64,000 bases of DNA, taken from assembly GCA_964459635.1 (NCBI GenBank), contig CAYWMQ010000001.1, forward strand, positions 8,342 to 72,341, written 5' to 3'. The position numbers were made by a program, and so were the translations under genes. Shown here one piece after another: positions 36,316-43,277 of the stretch. Source of the stretch: an uncultured Candidatus Saccharibacteria bacterium. GTDB lineage: Bacteria; Patescibacteriota; Minisyncoccia; Phycocordibacterales; UBA12088. The notes below the pieces were generated by a model. The model had not been told where the DNA came from and searched no databases. It saw only the letters and a program-made list of their open reading frames with translations. The first letter of the stretch is position 1, and the number at the start of each line of letters is the position of its first letter.

Positions 36316-36675
36316 ATGCTCTGGCGCTACACGCGACGCGATACAAAAGTCCTGCTGCTTGCAACGCTGCTCACCGTGAGCGGCTACGCGTACCTTTTGG
36401 CGGACAGCTGGAAGCATGAGCTTGTGCAGAGCATGCAGACAGCCCAGGTAGTGGGGGTGTTTGCGTCCGTGGCACCCAACGAAGCGAACACGCGCATGGC
36501 CGCTCTTGACGCGCGCGAGGCGGAATTACAGGCGCGCGAGTCTTTGCTTTTCGAAGAGATAACGCGTCGCGACCGGACCATGCTCGTCATCGTCACAGCG
36601 ATAGGCGCGGTGCTCTTGGTTCTCATTTTGCTTAATTTCTACCTTGACCAAAAGCGGCGGATGTCGCTGGCGTGA
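36316..36675 (+). CDS. small membrane protein (119 aa, 2 TM with a coiled-coil middle)
   Basis: TM segments LLLATLLTVSGYAYLL and MLVIVTAIGAVLLVLILLNFYL. Preceded by the heptamer array at 36279-36299. Confidence 0.45.
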   Translation: MLWRYTRRDTKVLLLATLLTVSGYAYLLADSWKHELVQSMQTAQVVGVFASVAPNEANTRMAALDAREAELQARESLLFEEITRRDRTMLVIVTAIGAVLLVLILLNFYLDQKRRMSLA

Positions 36676-36833
36676 AAACGAAAGGCACCTGCCGATAGCA
36701 GGAAAGTTAAAAGTGCATTACACGCGTTAACGTCGGCGGTCGTCTAACTGGACCTACACGGTCTAAGGCATTTTGGTGGCGTGAAGTCATGGCAAACCGT
36801 CTATGGCTTTCACTCCCGTGTGCTGTTACGTAG

Positions 36834-36861
36834 CGTGTTACGTAGCATGCTACGTAACACG
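36834..36861. promoter_or_regulatory. perfect 28-bp palindrome CGTGTTACGTAGCATGCTACGTAACACG
   Basis: Self-complementary across 28 nt. It has a flanking direct repeat GTTACGTAG (36825-36833 and 36837-36845) and lies in a ~500-bp region with no credible ORF. Confidence 0.5.
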
Positions 36862-36929
36862 CTGTGCGGTAGGTGTTCAGCCGCCCGATTACGCAGCCAA
36901 GCTGTGCGAGTTCTGTTCGGGCGCGCCCC

Positions 36930-36954
36930 ATGTTCGACTTACGAAGTCGAACAT
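36930..36954 (+). other. hairpin ATGTTCGAC-ttacgaa-GTCGAACAT
   Basis: Perfect 9-bp stem with a 7-nt loop in the same non-coding region. It does not form a tRNA cloverleaf. Confidence 0.4.
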
Positions 36955-37049
36955 ACGAGCACACCGACTCAAATGCACCTATAAAATTTCTACTTTTGTG
37001 GACTACGCGCGCTGCTATCTGGCTACTCGGTGTAGTCACGTTTGGATTT

Positions 37050-37094
37050 CCTGCCTGCCGGCAGGCAGGTACATTTTAACTTTTGACTTTTGTT
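37050..37094 (+). terminator. perfect 20-bp GC palindrome CCTGCCTGCCGGCAGGCAGG followed by T-rich heptamers (ttttaac ttttgac ttttgtt)
   Basis: Terminator-like: a GC hairpin followed by TACATTTTAACTTTTGACTTTTGTT. It could end an unannotated transcript from 36676-37050, or act as an operator upstream of the FGE gene. Confidence 0.4.
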
Positions 37095-37178
37095 ACCCTC
37101 CCCCTCCAGGTGGATAAGCTGTTCATGGTGTAGCTCCACTCGCGGTACAATATAGGTACGGATCATATCCGCCCCCGA

Positions 37179-38039
37179 ATGATCCAGTCACTCACACGGA
37201 CCGTTGCGGTCTCTGTGTGCTCCGTTATTTTGACGACGCTTGCAGTGAATGCAACGGACAGCATCAATGTACCCGCCGGTAGCATGCTCGCGGGCGTGTT
37301 TGGGGCGAGTACCTCTGTGGACACCGGTCCGTGTCCCAAAGATATGCGCCTGGTGAAGCAAGCACTCGTTCCCTTTTGTGTAGATGCGTACGAGGCGGCG
37401 GCAGGTGACAGTTGCCCGTATGAGACGCCCCGAAGCGTTGACGAGACGAACAAGAACCTTTCGGGGGCTTCATGTGCACCGGTATCCAAGGCCGGCACCA
37501 CACCATGGCGTTTTGTGGACGTTGTCCAAGCGCAAGCGGCCTGCTCCAGAGCCGGCAAGAGGCTGCTGACTGCAGACGAATGGTACAAAGCCTCACTTGG
37601 AACCCCCGACACGTCGTCAGAGTTTACCGGTGAGCAGTGCAACGTGGCGCGCAACCTCGCCGATGGTGTCGCCCCTACGGGAAGCGCCGCCCGGTGCGTA
37701 TCCGATGCCGGTGCATACGACATGGTGGGCAACGTGTGGGAGTGGGTGGATGGCGCGGTACGTGATGGTGTGTTCGAGGGACGTTCTTTGCCACGGAGCG
37801 GGTACGTGCAGGGCGCGGATACGAGCGGCATAGCGTACGAAACAGCGAGCGGCGCGCAAGCTGCGTTCGGCAGAGACCGCTTCTGGTCGGACAGCATCGG
37901 CACGATGGGGCTGATGCGTGGCGGCTACTTCGACAGCGAAGGTGATGCGGGTGTATTCAGCATATACGCTGCCAGTCCCCCCACCTTTGCCGGGGAGGCG
38001 GTAGGCTTCCGCTGTGCCACTGCACCGAAGAACCCGTAA
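37179..38039 (+). CDS. formylglycine-generating enzyme family protein (FGE-sulfatase / SUMF1 domain), secreted
   Basis: Signal peptide MIQSLTRTVAVSVCSVILTTLAVNA. Hallmark motifs YDMVGNVWEWVDG, RGGYFDSE and a C-terminal GFRCATAP. A possible -10 TACAAT lies at 37146-37151. Confidence 0.8.
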   Translation: MIQSLTRTVAVSVCSVILTTLAVNATDSINVPAGSMLAGVFGASTSVDTGPCPKDMRLVKQALVPFCVDAYEAAAGDSCPYETPRSVDETNKNLSGASCAPVSKAGTTPWRFVDVVQAQAACSRAGKRLLTADEWYKASLGTPDTSSEFTGEQCNVARNLADGVAPTGSAARCVSDAGAYDMVGNVWEWVDGAVRDGVFEGRSLPRSGYVQGADTSGIAYETASGAQAAFGRDRFWSDSIGTMGLMRGGYFDSEGDAGVFSIYAASPPTFAGEAVGFRCATAPKNP

Positions 38040-38124
38040 GTCACATATGGAAGAACGAGAAAGTCCACCCCCTGTAATAGAGGAGCATGCGCAGCGAGAC
38101 GCATCGACCTTGTGTGTACGTAAG

Positions 38125-40020
38125 ATGGCAGGCCGTCACTTTTCGTTGCGCTTAGGCAGTCGACAGCCTTTTTTGTCTTTTGTCTTTTGTCTTTTGTATC
38201 TCGTGCTCCTGTTCTCTTTTCTCTATACGTCGCACTCGGCATTTGCCACAAGCTATCTCTCTCGCATTTCAGACCTTATCTCCACCAGTGCGCCGGGCGC
38301 GGCTGCGAACCACACGCTTCGTTTCACTATAGCTCAAGCGATACCGCCCAACGGTGCCATTGAAGTGCTTTTCAACCGCGGGGGTTTCACTATCCCCGGG
38401 GCACTTAATTTTACCGATGTGGACCTTGGTTTTTCGGCAGTATCCGGGGGCCCCTATACCGAGCGTCCGCTATCTTCCGTGCAGACGGGCGGTACGGACC
38501 GGGTGGTGGTCACAAGCGGTAGCGCGGGCAAGATACGGTTCGACCTCAACACGTCGGTAGGTATTGCGGCAGGCAGCGAGTTGCGCATCAAGATAGGCAC
38601 GAACGCCACGTTCGGTACGGTGGGTGATCAGCGCATTCTGCTCCCTACGGCCACCACATCTCACCCGGTGACTGTGTACACATACGATGCGGCTGATGCC
38701 GAGCTTGACTACGGCGAAACGCGTATAGCGGTAGTGGAGCAAGTGACAGCGGGCCCGGTAGATACCGATGACGTCACGCCGCCCGTGGTGCTTGCGGCAT
38801 ACCCTTCCGGGCTGCTTCAAGTGGGAACGAGGGCTGTACAGATGTGGGTAGTTACCGATGAGCTTACGGCGTGCAGATGGGCGACCTCAAGTATGGCGTA
38901 CGCAAGCATGCCGTACTCTTTCACCTCCACAAGCACATTCGGGCTTGCGTACTGGAATTTTGCCACATACGGCGGACTTGAAGATGATACTGAGTACAAT
39001 GCGTACATCCGCTGCGTTGACTTTCGTTCTAACGAAATAGATCCCGATTACATCCTTTCCTTTACCGTAGGTATTACGCCCGGTAGTGCAAGCTCAACAG
39101 CCACCACGACCGGCACAGGTACCGGCACAGGTACGGGCACATCGACCGGCACATCGACCGGCACCGGTACCGGCACCGGTACCGGAGGAGGACCGTCGGG
39201 TTCCGGCTCGGGCAATGGCCCCAATGGCGGCGATGGGGCAGGGTCGGGCGGGGGTGGGTCCGGGCAGTCGGGCTCCGGTGACAAGCTGCCCCAGGCGGAT
39301 GTGCAGGTGTCGGGATGGGCGTACCCGGGCTCTACGGTAACACTGCTTCGCGACGGGGCGATAGTGGCTACGCAGGCCGCGGGAGGCGGCGGCGAGTTCC
39401 TGCACCTTACGGAAGGTATCGACCGCGGCATATACTCCTTTGCCGTGTATGCGACCGACTCAAAGGGAACACGTAGTGCGACATACGCCACTACGCTCGG
39501 CCTGCGTTCGAATACGCTCAACAAGCTTGCGAACATTATGCTCCCGCCCACCGTCTCGGTCGTGGCCGCTTCCGTAGACCCGGGTAAGCCTGTCGAGGTG
39601 AGCGGTTACTCCGCGCCAAGTGCCAAAGTCACCGCATGGCTGCGGCCCAGGCTTGCGGTGGTATCGGCGGCGGACGTGGTGGCGAGTACCACCGCGCTCG
39701 CGAACGGCATATACACGCTCAGCATTCCGACCACGGGGCTCACACAGGGTACGTACGAGCTCGTTGCGCAAGCTGCTCATGCGAACGGCACCGTGCAGAG
39801 CGACAAGAGCGCGCGGCTTGCCGTAGGACTTGGCGTTCAAGTGACACAAAACACGGGCTGCAAAGACGGCGACCTCAACTGCGACGGCTCAGTGAACCTC
39901 ATAGACTTTTCGATCCTTCTTTTCAACTGGAACACCGCGAGCACCGTTGCAGACATAAACAAAGACGGGACCGTCTCGCTGCCGGACTTCTCGATACTGC
40001 TCTTCAATTGGACGGGGTAG
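38125..40020 (+). CDS. secreted surface protein with a Thr/Gly-rich linker and a C-terminal type-I dockerin
   Basis: ATG 38125 gives MAGRHFSLRLGSRQPFLSFVFCLLYLVLLFSFLYTSHSAFA. Beta-rich domains, then the linker TTGTGTGTGTGTSTGTSTGTGTGTGTGGGPSGSGSGNGPNGGDGAGSGGGGSG, then more Ig-like domains. The final 55 aa, DLNCDGSVNLIDFSILLFNWN and DINKDGTVSLPDFSILLFNWTG, form two dockerin calcium-binding repeats. Confidence 0.7.
   Translation: MAGRHFSLRLGSRQPFLSFVFCLLYLVLLFSFLYTSHSAFATSYLSRISDLISTSAPGAAANHTLRFTIAQAIPPNGAIEVLFNRGGFTIPGALNFTDVDLGFSAVSGGPYTERPLSSVQTGGTDRVVVTSGSAGKIRFDLNTSVGIAAGSELRIKIGTNATFGTVGDQRILLPTATTSHPVTVYTYDAADAELDYGETRIAVVEQVTAGPVDTDDVTPPVVLAAYPSGLLQVGTRAVQMWVVTDELTACRWATSSMAYASMPYSFTSTSTFGLAYWNFATYGGLEDDTEYNAYIRCVDFRSNEIDPDYILSFTVGITPGSASSTATTTGTGTGTGTGTSTGTSTGTGTGTGTGGGPSGSGSGNGPNGGDGAGSGGGGSGQSGSGDKLPQADVQVSGWAYPGSTVTLLRDGAIVATQAAGGGGEFLHLTEGIDRGIYSFAVYATDSKGTRSATYATTLGLRSNTLNKLANIMLPPTVSVVAASVDPGKPVEVSGYSAPSAKVTAWLRPRLAVVSAADVVASTTALANGIYTLSIPTTGLTQGTYELVAQAAHANGTVQSDKSARLAVGLGVQVTQNTGCKDGDLNCDGSVNLIDFSILLFNWNTASTVADINKDGTVSLPDFSILLFNWTG
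38168..38197 (+). repeat. heptanucleotide tandem repeat (CTTTTGT)3 plus a variant unit, inside the signal-peptide coding region of the dockerin protein
   Basis: cttttttgt cttttgt cttttgt cttttgt; rotated, this is (TTTTGTC)n, matching the intergenic TTTTGAC arrays. Covers codons 15-25 of the gene. Confidence 0.75.
39109..39192 (+). repeat. 12-nt tandem repeat (ACCGGCACAGGT-like, 7 units) encoding the TGTG linker
   Basis: accggcacaggt x2, acgggcacatcg, accggcacatcg, accggcaccggt x2, accggaggagga. In-frame microsatellite. Confidence 0.7.
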
Positions 40021-40024
40021 CGTT

Positions 40025-40166
40025 GAAAACTGAAAAACAAGATAACTGAAACAAAAAAAACAACGACATGCGTCTCGGACGATGCGATTGAGGTATCAAG
40101 TTGTGTAGGGGCAGTCGCTTTAAGCTCGCGTTTTTTGTTTTCTCTATCTTTTGTTTTTCAGTTTTC
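40025..40166 (+). promoter_or_regulatory. long inverted repeat of heptamer arrays between the dockerin gene and hsp20
   Basis: GAAAACTGAAAAACAA (40025-40040) and its exact reverse complement TTGTTTTTCAGTTTTC (40151-40166) flank 110 nt that contain an A8 run. The left arm starts 5 nt after the dockerin-gene stop. Confidence 0.45.
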
Positions 40167-40287
40167 TCTTTATCCACACGTTACGCTCGCATATGCACAT
40201 GCGCATGCACGTGTGGTGCTATACTCTGAGTAACAACGCTCCGGGCGACCGGCCATCACGCGTTCTTTAGGATAAGTTCTATCTCCT

Positions 40288-40794
40288 ATGGCTACATTCA
40301 TGGATAAGCTCAAAGGCCGCGGCCTTACCGAAAAGGGCGGAAGTCTCTCCGCCGGCAGTGCCGCCGATCATGCGGGTACTCCCGCGATGGGCCACCAAGA
40401 GGTGGTCCCGAGCCGCGCACTCCAGCTTCCCGTAGACGTGTTCCAATCGGACGACGAGATCATCATATACGCACAGCTTGCCGGTATGGACATGCATACG
40501 CTCGACGTTTCCATAGCGGGAGATAATGACGTGGTGGCCATCCAAGGCACAAGCTTGCGCCCCGAGCATCTCATGCATGATGCGCATGCGGGCAGAAATG
40601 GGGACTATACGCTCGAAGAGTGCCACTGGGGTGATTTTTACCGCCAGATCATCTTGCCCGATGAAATTGATCCGGAGCGTGCGGAAGCCAAAACGAAAGA
40701 CGGCGTGCTTGCGCTACGTCTGCCGCTGGCAGGCAAGGCTGTCAAAGGCCGCAAACTGAACATCGTGCGTGCGGATGAACAGCCGCAGCAATAG
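40288..40794 (+). CDS. Hsp20/alpha-crystallin family small heat-shock protein
   Basis: Alpha-crystallin domain from VDVFQSDDEIIIYAQLAGMDMHTLDVSIAGDNDVVAIQGT to GDFYRQIILPDEIDPERAEAKTKDGVLALRLP. TATACT lies upstream at about 40220. Confidence 0.8.
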   Translation: MATFMDKLKGRGLTEKGGSLSAGSAADHAGTPAMGHQEVVPSRALQLPVDVFQSDDEIIIYAQLAGMDMHTLDVSIAGDNDVVAIQGTSLRPEHLMHDAHAGRNGDYTLEECHWGDFYRQIILPDEIDPERAEAKTKDGVLALRLPLAGKAVKGRKLNIVRADEQPQQ

Positions 40795-40810
40795 CGCACG
40801 AGCTCGCGCT

Positions 40811-42346
40811 ATGCTCGCGTCGAATATACACCGTGTTGTTCATAAAAATGCCGTAGCGCAGGCGTATACCCGCGTCAAAGTTTTTGTGGCGCTTGTTTTT
40901 TTTCCGTTTTTCTTGTTTCTTGTTTCTTGTTTCTTGTTTTCTACCTCCGCCCACGCCGCCTCCTACTCCTTTTCGCCCGCGTCCGGCTCCTACGAGGTCG
41001 GCAAAACGTTCACCGTGTCCGTCATGGTGGACCCGGGCACCGATGCGGTGAACACGGGCGATGGAGCGCTCTCGTATGACACCGCCAAGCTCACCGCAGT
41101 GTCGGTGTCCAAAGAGGGTTCCGTTTTCAATCTTTGGGTGACCGAGCCCGCGCTTAACGCGGGAGCGGGCACGGTGACTTTTGCGGGTGGTGCCACCACG
41201 CCCTTTTCAGGCTCTAAGCGAGTCGTCACGGTTAGCTTCAAAGCGAAGGCGGAGGGCGCCGCCACGGTAAAACTTGATAAGGGTACGCTGCTGGCAGGCG
41301 CCGGTCAGAACGTGCTTGCCGGATCCCTGCCCACCGCTTCTTTCACCATCACTCCCGCTGCCGCCAAGCCGCCGGTGGAGGAAAAGCCGGACACCCCTGC
41401 ACCCGCAAAGCCGGCACGTGCGGTGAATATCCCCGTACCTGATGCTCCTGTTATCAAGAGTTCCACGCACAAAGAAGAGGGCACCTGGTACAACCAGAAC
41501 ACCGTGAAGCTCACGTGGGACCTACCCTACGGTGTGACCGGGCTCAAGAAGCTGTGGAGCGAGAAAGCCGACGCAGAGCCCACCGAAGTGCATGAGCCGC
41601 CCATACCCGACTGGACAAAGGAGAACGTGGCCGACGGTGTGTGGTATTTCCATGCCGCGTATAAGAACAGGGGCGGATGGGGAAGCTCCACCGCGTTCAA
41701 GGTGCAGATAGATACTACGCCACCGAAAGAGTTTACCGTGACGGGCACCGGAGGAGACCTTGCCGCGCAGCTTTCATGGGCTGCTGAGGATGAACTCTCC
41801 GGTGTGGTCGTATACCGCATAGCCGTAGACGACGGCCGGCCGCGGGATGTACAGCCCTCCGAGCTTATAGCCGGCGGATATACGCTCACCAACATAGATC
41901 CTGGCGAGCATAGCATTATCGTGACGGCTGTCGATGCTGCGGGCAACGAGCGGGAAGCTCGCACTAAGGTCACCGCGACAGGTGAGCTCCCTCCCGCAGA
42001 AGGAGCGCAGGAAGTTGAAACATCCGGCTTCGGAGCCATCTACTGGGTATCACTCATCTTCATGGCGCTTCTTGCAGGTGCGGTAACGCTCCTTGTGCTG
42101 GAGCGGCGCAAGCATCATGAGGAGCGCGAGCTCATCAAGCGTGAGGCGATGGAGGCGGGCGACAAGCTCATCAACGTATTCGGCGTGCTGCGCGACGAGA
42201 TAGAAGAGCGCGTGCTTGACCTCTCGCACAAGCCCAACATGACCGACAACGAGCGCGAGATATTGGAAGGCCTTAAAGATGCCCTGGATGTATCCGAAGA
42301 GCTTATCGACAAGGAGATAGAAGACATTCGCAAGCTCCTCAAGTAG
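40811..42346 (+). CDS. membrane-anchored protein with an N-terminal cohesin-like domain, Pro-rich linker, FN3/Ig-like domains, a C-terminal TM and a cytoplasmic coiled-coil tail
   Basis: ATG 40811 gives the signal peptide MLASNIHRVVHKNAVAQAYTRVKVFVALVFFPFFLFLVSCFLFSTSAHA. Cohesin-like beta-sandwich pattern SGSYEVGKTFTVSVMVDPGTDAVNTGDGALSYDTAKLTAVSV...GTVTFAGG...VVTVSFKAKAEGAATVKL. Pro-rich linker EEKPDTPAPAKP. TM AIYWVSLIFMALLAGAVTLLVL. The cohesin assignment comes from pattern recognition only. Confidence 0.55.
   Translation: MLASNIHRVVHKNAVAQAYTRVKVFVALVFFPFFLFLVSCFLFSTSAHAASYSFSPASGSYEVGKTFTVSVMVDPGTDAVNTGDGALSYDTAKLTAVSVSKEGSVFNLWVTEPALNAGAGTVTFAGGATTPFSGSKRVVTVSFKAKAEGAATVKLDKGTLLAGAGQNVLAGSLPTASFTITPAAAKPPVEEKPDTPAPAKPARAVNIPVPDAPVIKSSTHKEEGTWYNQNTVKLTWDLPYGVTGLKKLWSEKADAEPTEVHEPPIPDWTKENVADGVWYFHAAYKNRGGWGSSTAFKVQIDTTPPKEFTVTGTGGDLAAQLSWAAEDELSGVVVYRIAVDDGRPRDVQPSELIAGGYTLTNIDPGEHSIIVTAVDAAGNEREARTKVTATGELPPAEGAQEVETSGFGAIYWVSLIFMALLAGAVTLLVLERRKHHEERELIKREAMEAGDKLINVFGVLRDEIEERVLDLSHKPNMTDNEREILEGLKDALDVSEELIDKEIEDIRKLLK
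40912..40939 (+). repeat. perfect heptanucleotide tandem repeat (CTTGTTT)4, inside the signal-peptide coding region of the cohesin-like protein
   Basis: cttgttt x4 at 40912-40939, with one more unit at 40893-40899. Covers codons about 34-43. Confidence 0.8.
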
Positions 42347-42638
42347 TCTTGCGCCCCTTTTTCAGCTGTTGCATAACGCGACGCATCTCTGTGCGCCGGA
42401 GCGCATCGCGTCACAGTATCGCTTGAGCGTGTGAGGGTGTGCGGTATGCGGGGGGAGACAGCTTGTAGAAAAAGTAAGCCCACAGCGGTGTCTGCGGGCT
42501 TACACACGTACTCTGCGAGCCGTCTCAAGAATAGCGGTTCGGCGCGCAACTGCGCAACATGCGCTATCCACAGAATACGGCTTTGTAGGGCCGCGTATTG
42601 CGCCGTACGAGAGCTTTCTCATGCGATACTGAGAGTAC

Positions 42639-43253
42639 ATGCGGAGCGCGGTATTTAAACATGTACATCGTTTTCCCGCACGTTTGCGTGAGCCGAAAGC
42701 GGCCCTGGCGCTCTTGGGTGCGGCGCTTTTTTTGATGGCCGTGGCTGCCGTATTTGCAACGAGTGAGGAACGTACGATACACATTTTCCCTACGTCCGTT
42801 TCCGATGCCGGGTGGAGCGGTGCTCAGAGGTCGCTTGAGCAAACGCTTTCTCAAAACGCCATTTTTGATGACTTCTCCGCAGAAAATAGCGCGAGCCTTT
42901 ACTTTACGCGTAACGCGAGCCGTTCTTCGGAGGGAGCACCGCATGAGGCCGTGAGCGCCGGCGACAGCACGTCGGGCGGCGACGCTGTTTCGTCCGAGGA
43001 CGCGTCGAACGATACGGAAGCGAGTGAAGTGCAGGGCGATCAGTCGGCTGAGTCTGGGGATCTACTAGACGACGCCGCAGACGCCGAAGGTCAGGTGCAG
43101 GAAGAGACACCCGCACCCGAGCAGGAAGAAGAGGCCACACAAGAAGACACGCCCACGCCACAGGTTTCTGAGGAGCCGGAACCGCTTGCCGACCTAAGCC
43201 CGTATGGGTATGTTCGCGATCTGTTGCGCGCCGCGCGTGGTACCGCCGCATAG
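42639..43253 (+). pseudogene. signal-anchor plus acidic-linker ORF, probably the severed N-terminus of the 6482-aa giant protein
   Basis: 204 aa with the TM ALALLGAALFLMAVAAVFA followed by a D/E/S-rich linker. It ends at TAG 43251-43253 and is in the same frame as the giant ORF 43278. Composition is continuous across the stop: ...AARGTAA*AQTQDEAQVQNIAPVDA.... Confidence 0.45.
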
Positions 43254-43277
43254 GCACAAACACAGGATGAGGCACAG

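Noticed and set aside
36930-36954. Possible tRNA, because the hairpin contains GTTCGA
   Set aside because: The flanks provide no acceptor, D or anticodon arms, so there is no cloverleaf. Scanning the other intergenic regions also found no tRNA-like T-arm.
36707-37117. ORFs 36707..37039(-), 36781..36984(+), 36803..37117(+) and 36873..37079(+)
   Set aside because: Their low-complexity translations (ACYVACYVTRYV...) are generated by the TACGTA palindromes. There is no RBS, and they overlap one another.
43251-43253. TAG codon reassignment as the explanation for the in-frame stop
   Set aside because: TAG is the terminal stop of giant protein 1 (24413-24415) and of giant protein 3 (62724-62726), so TAG is a genuine stop in this genome.
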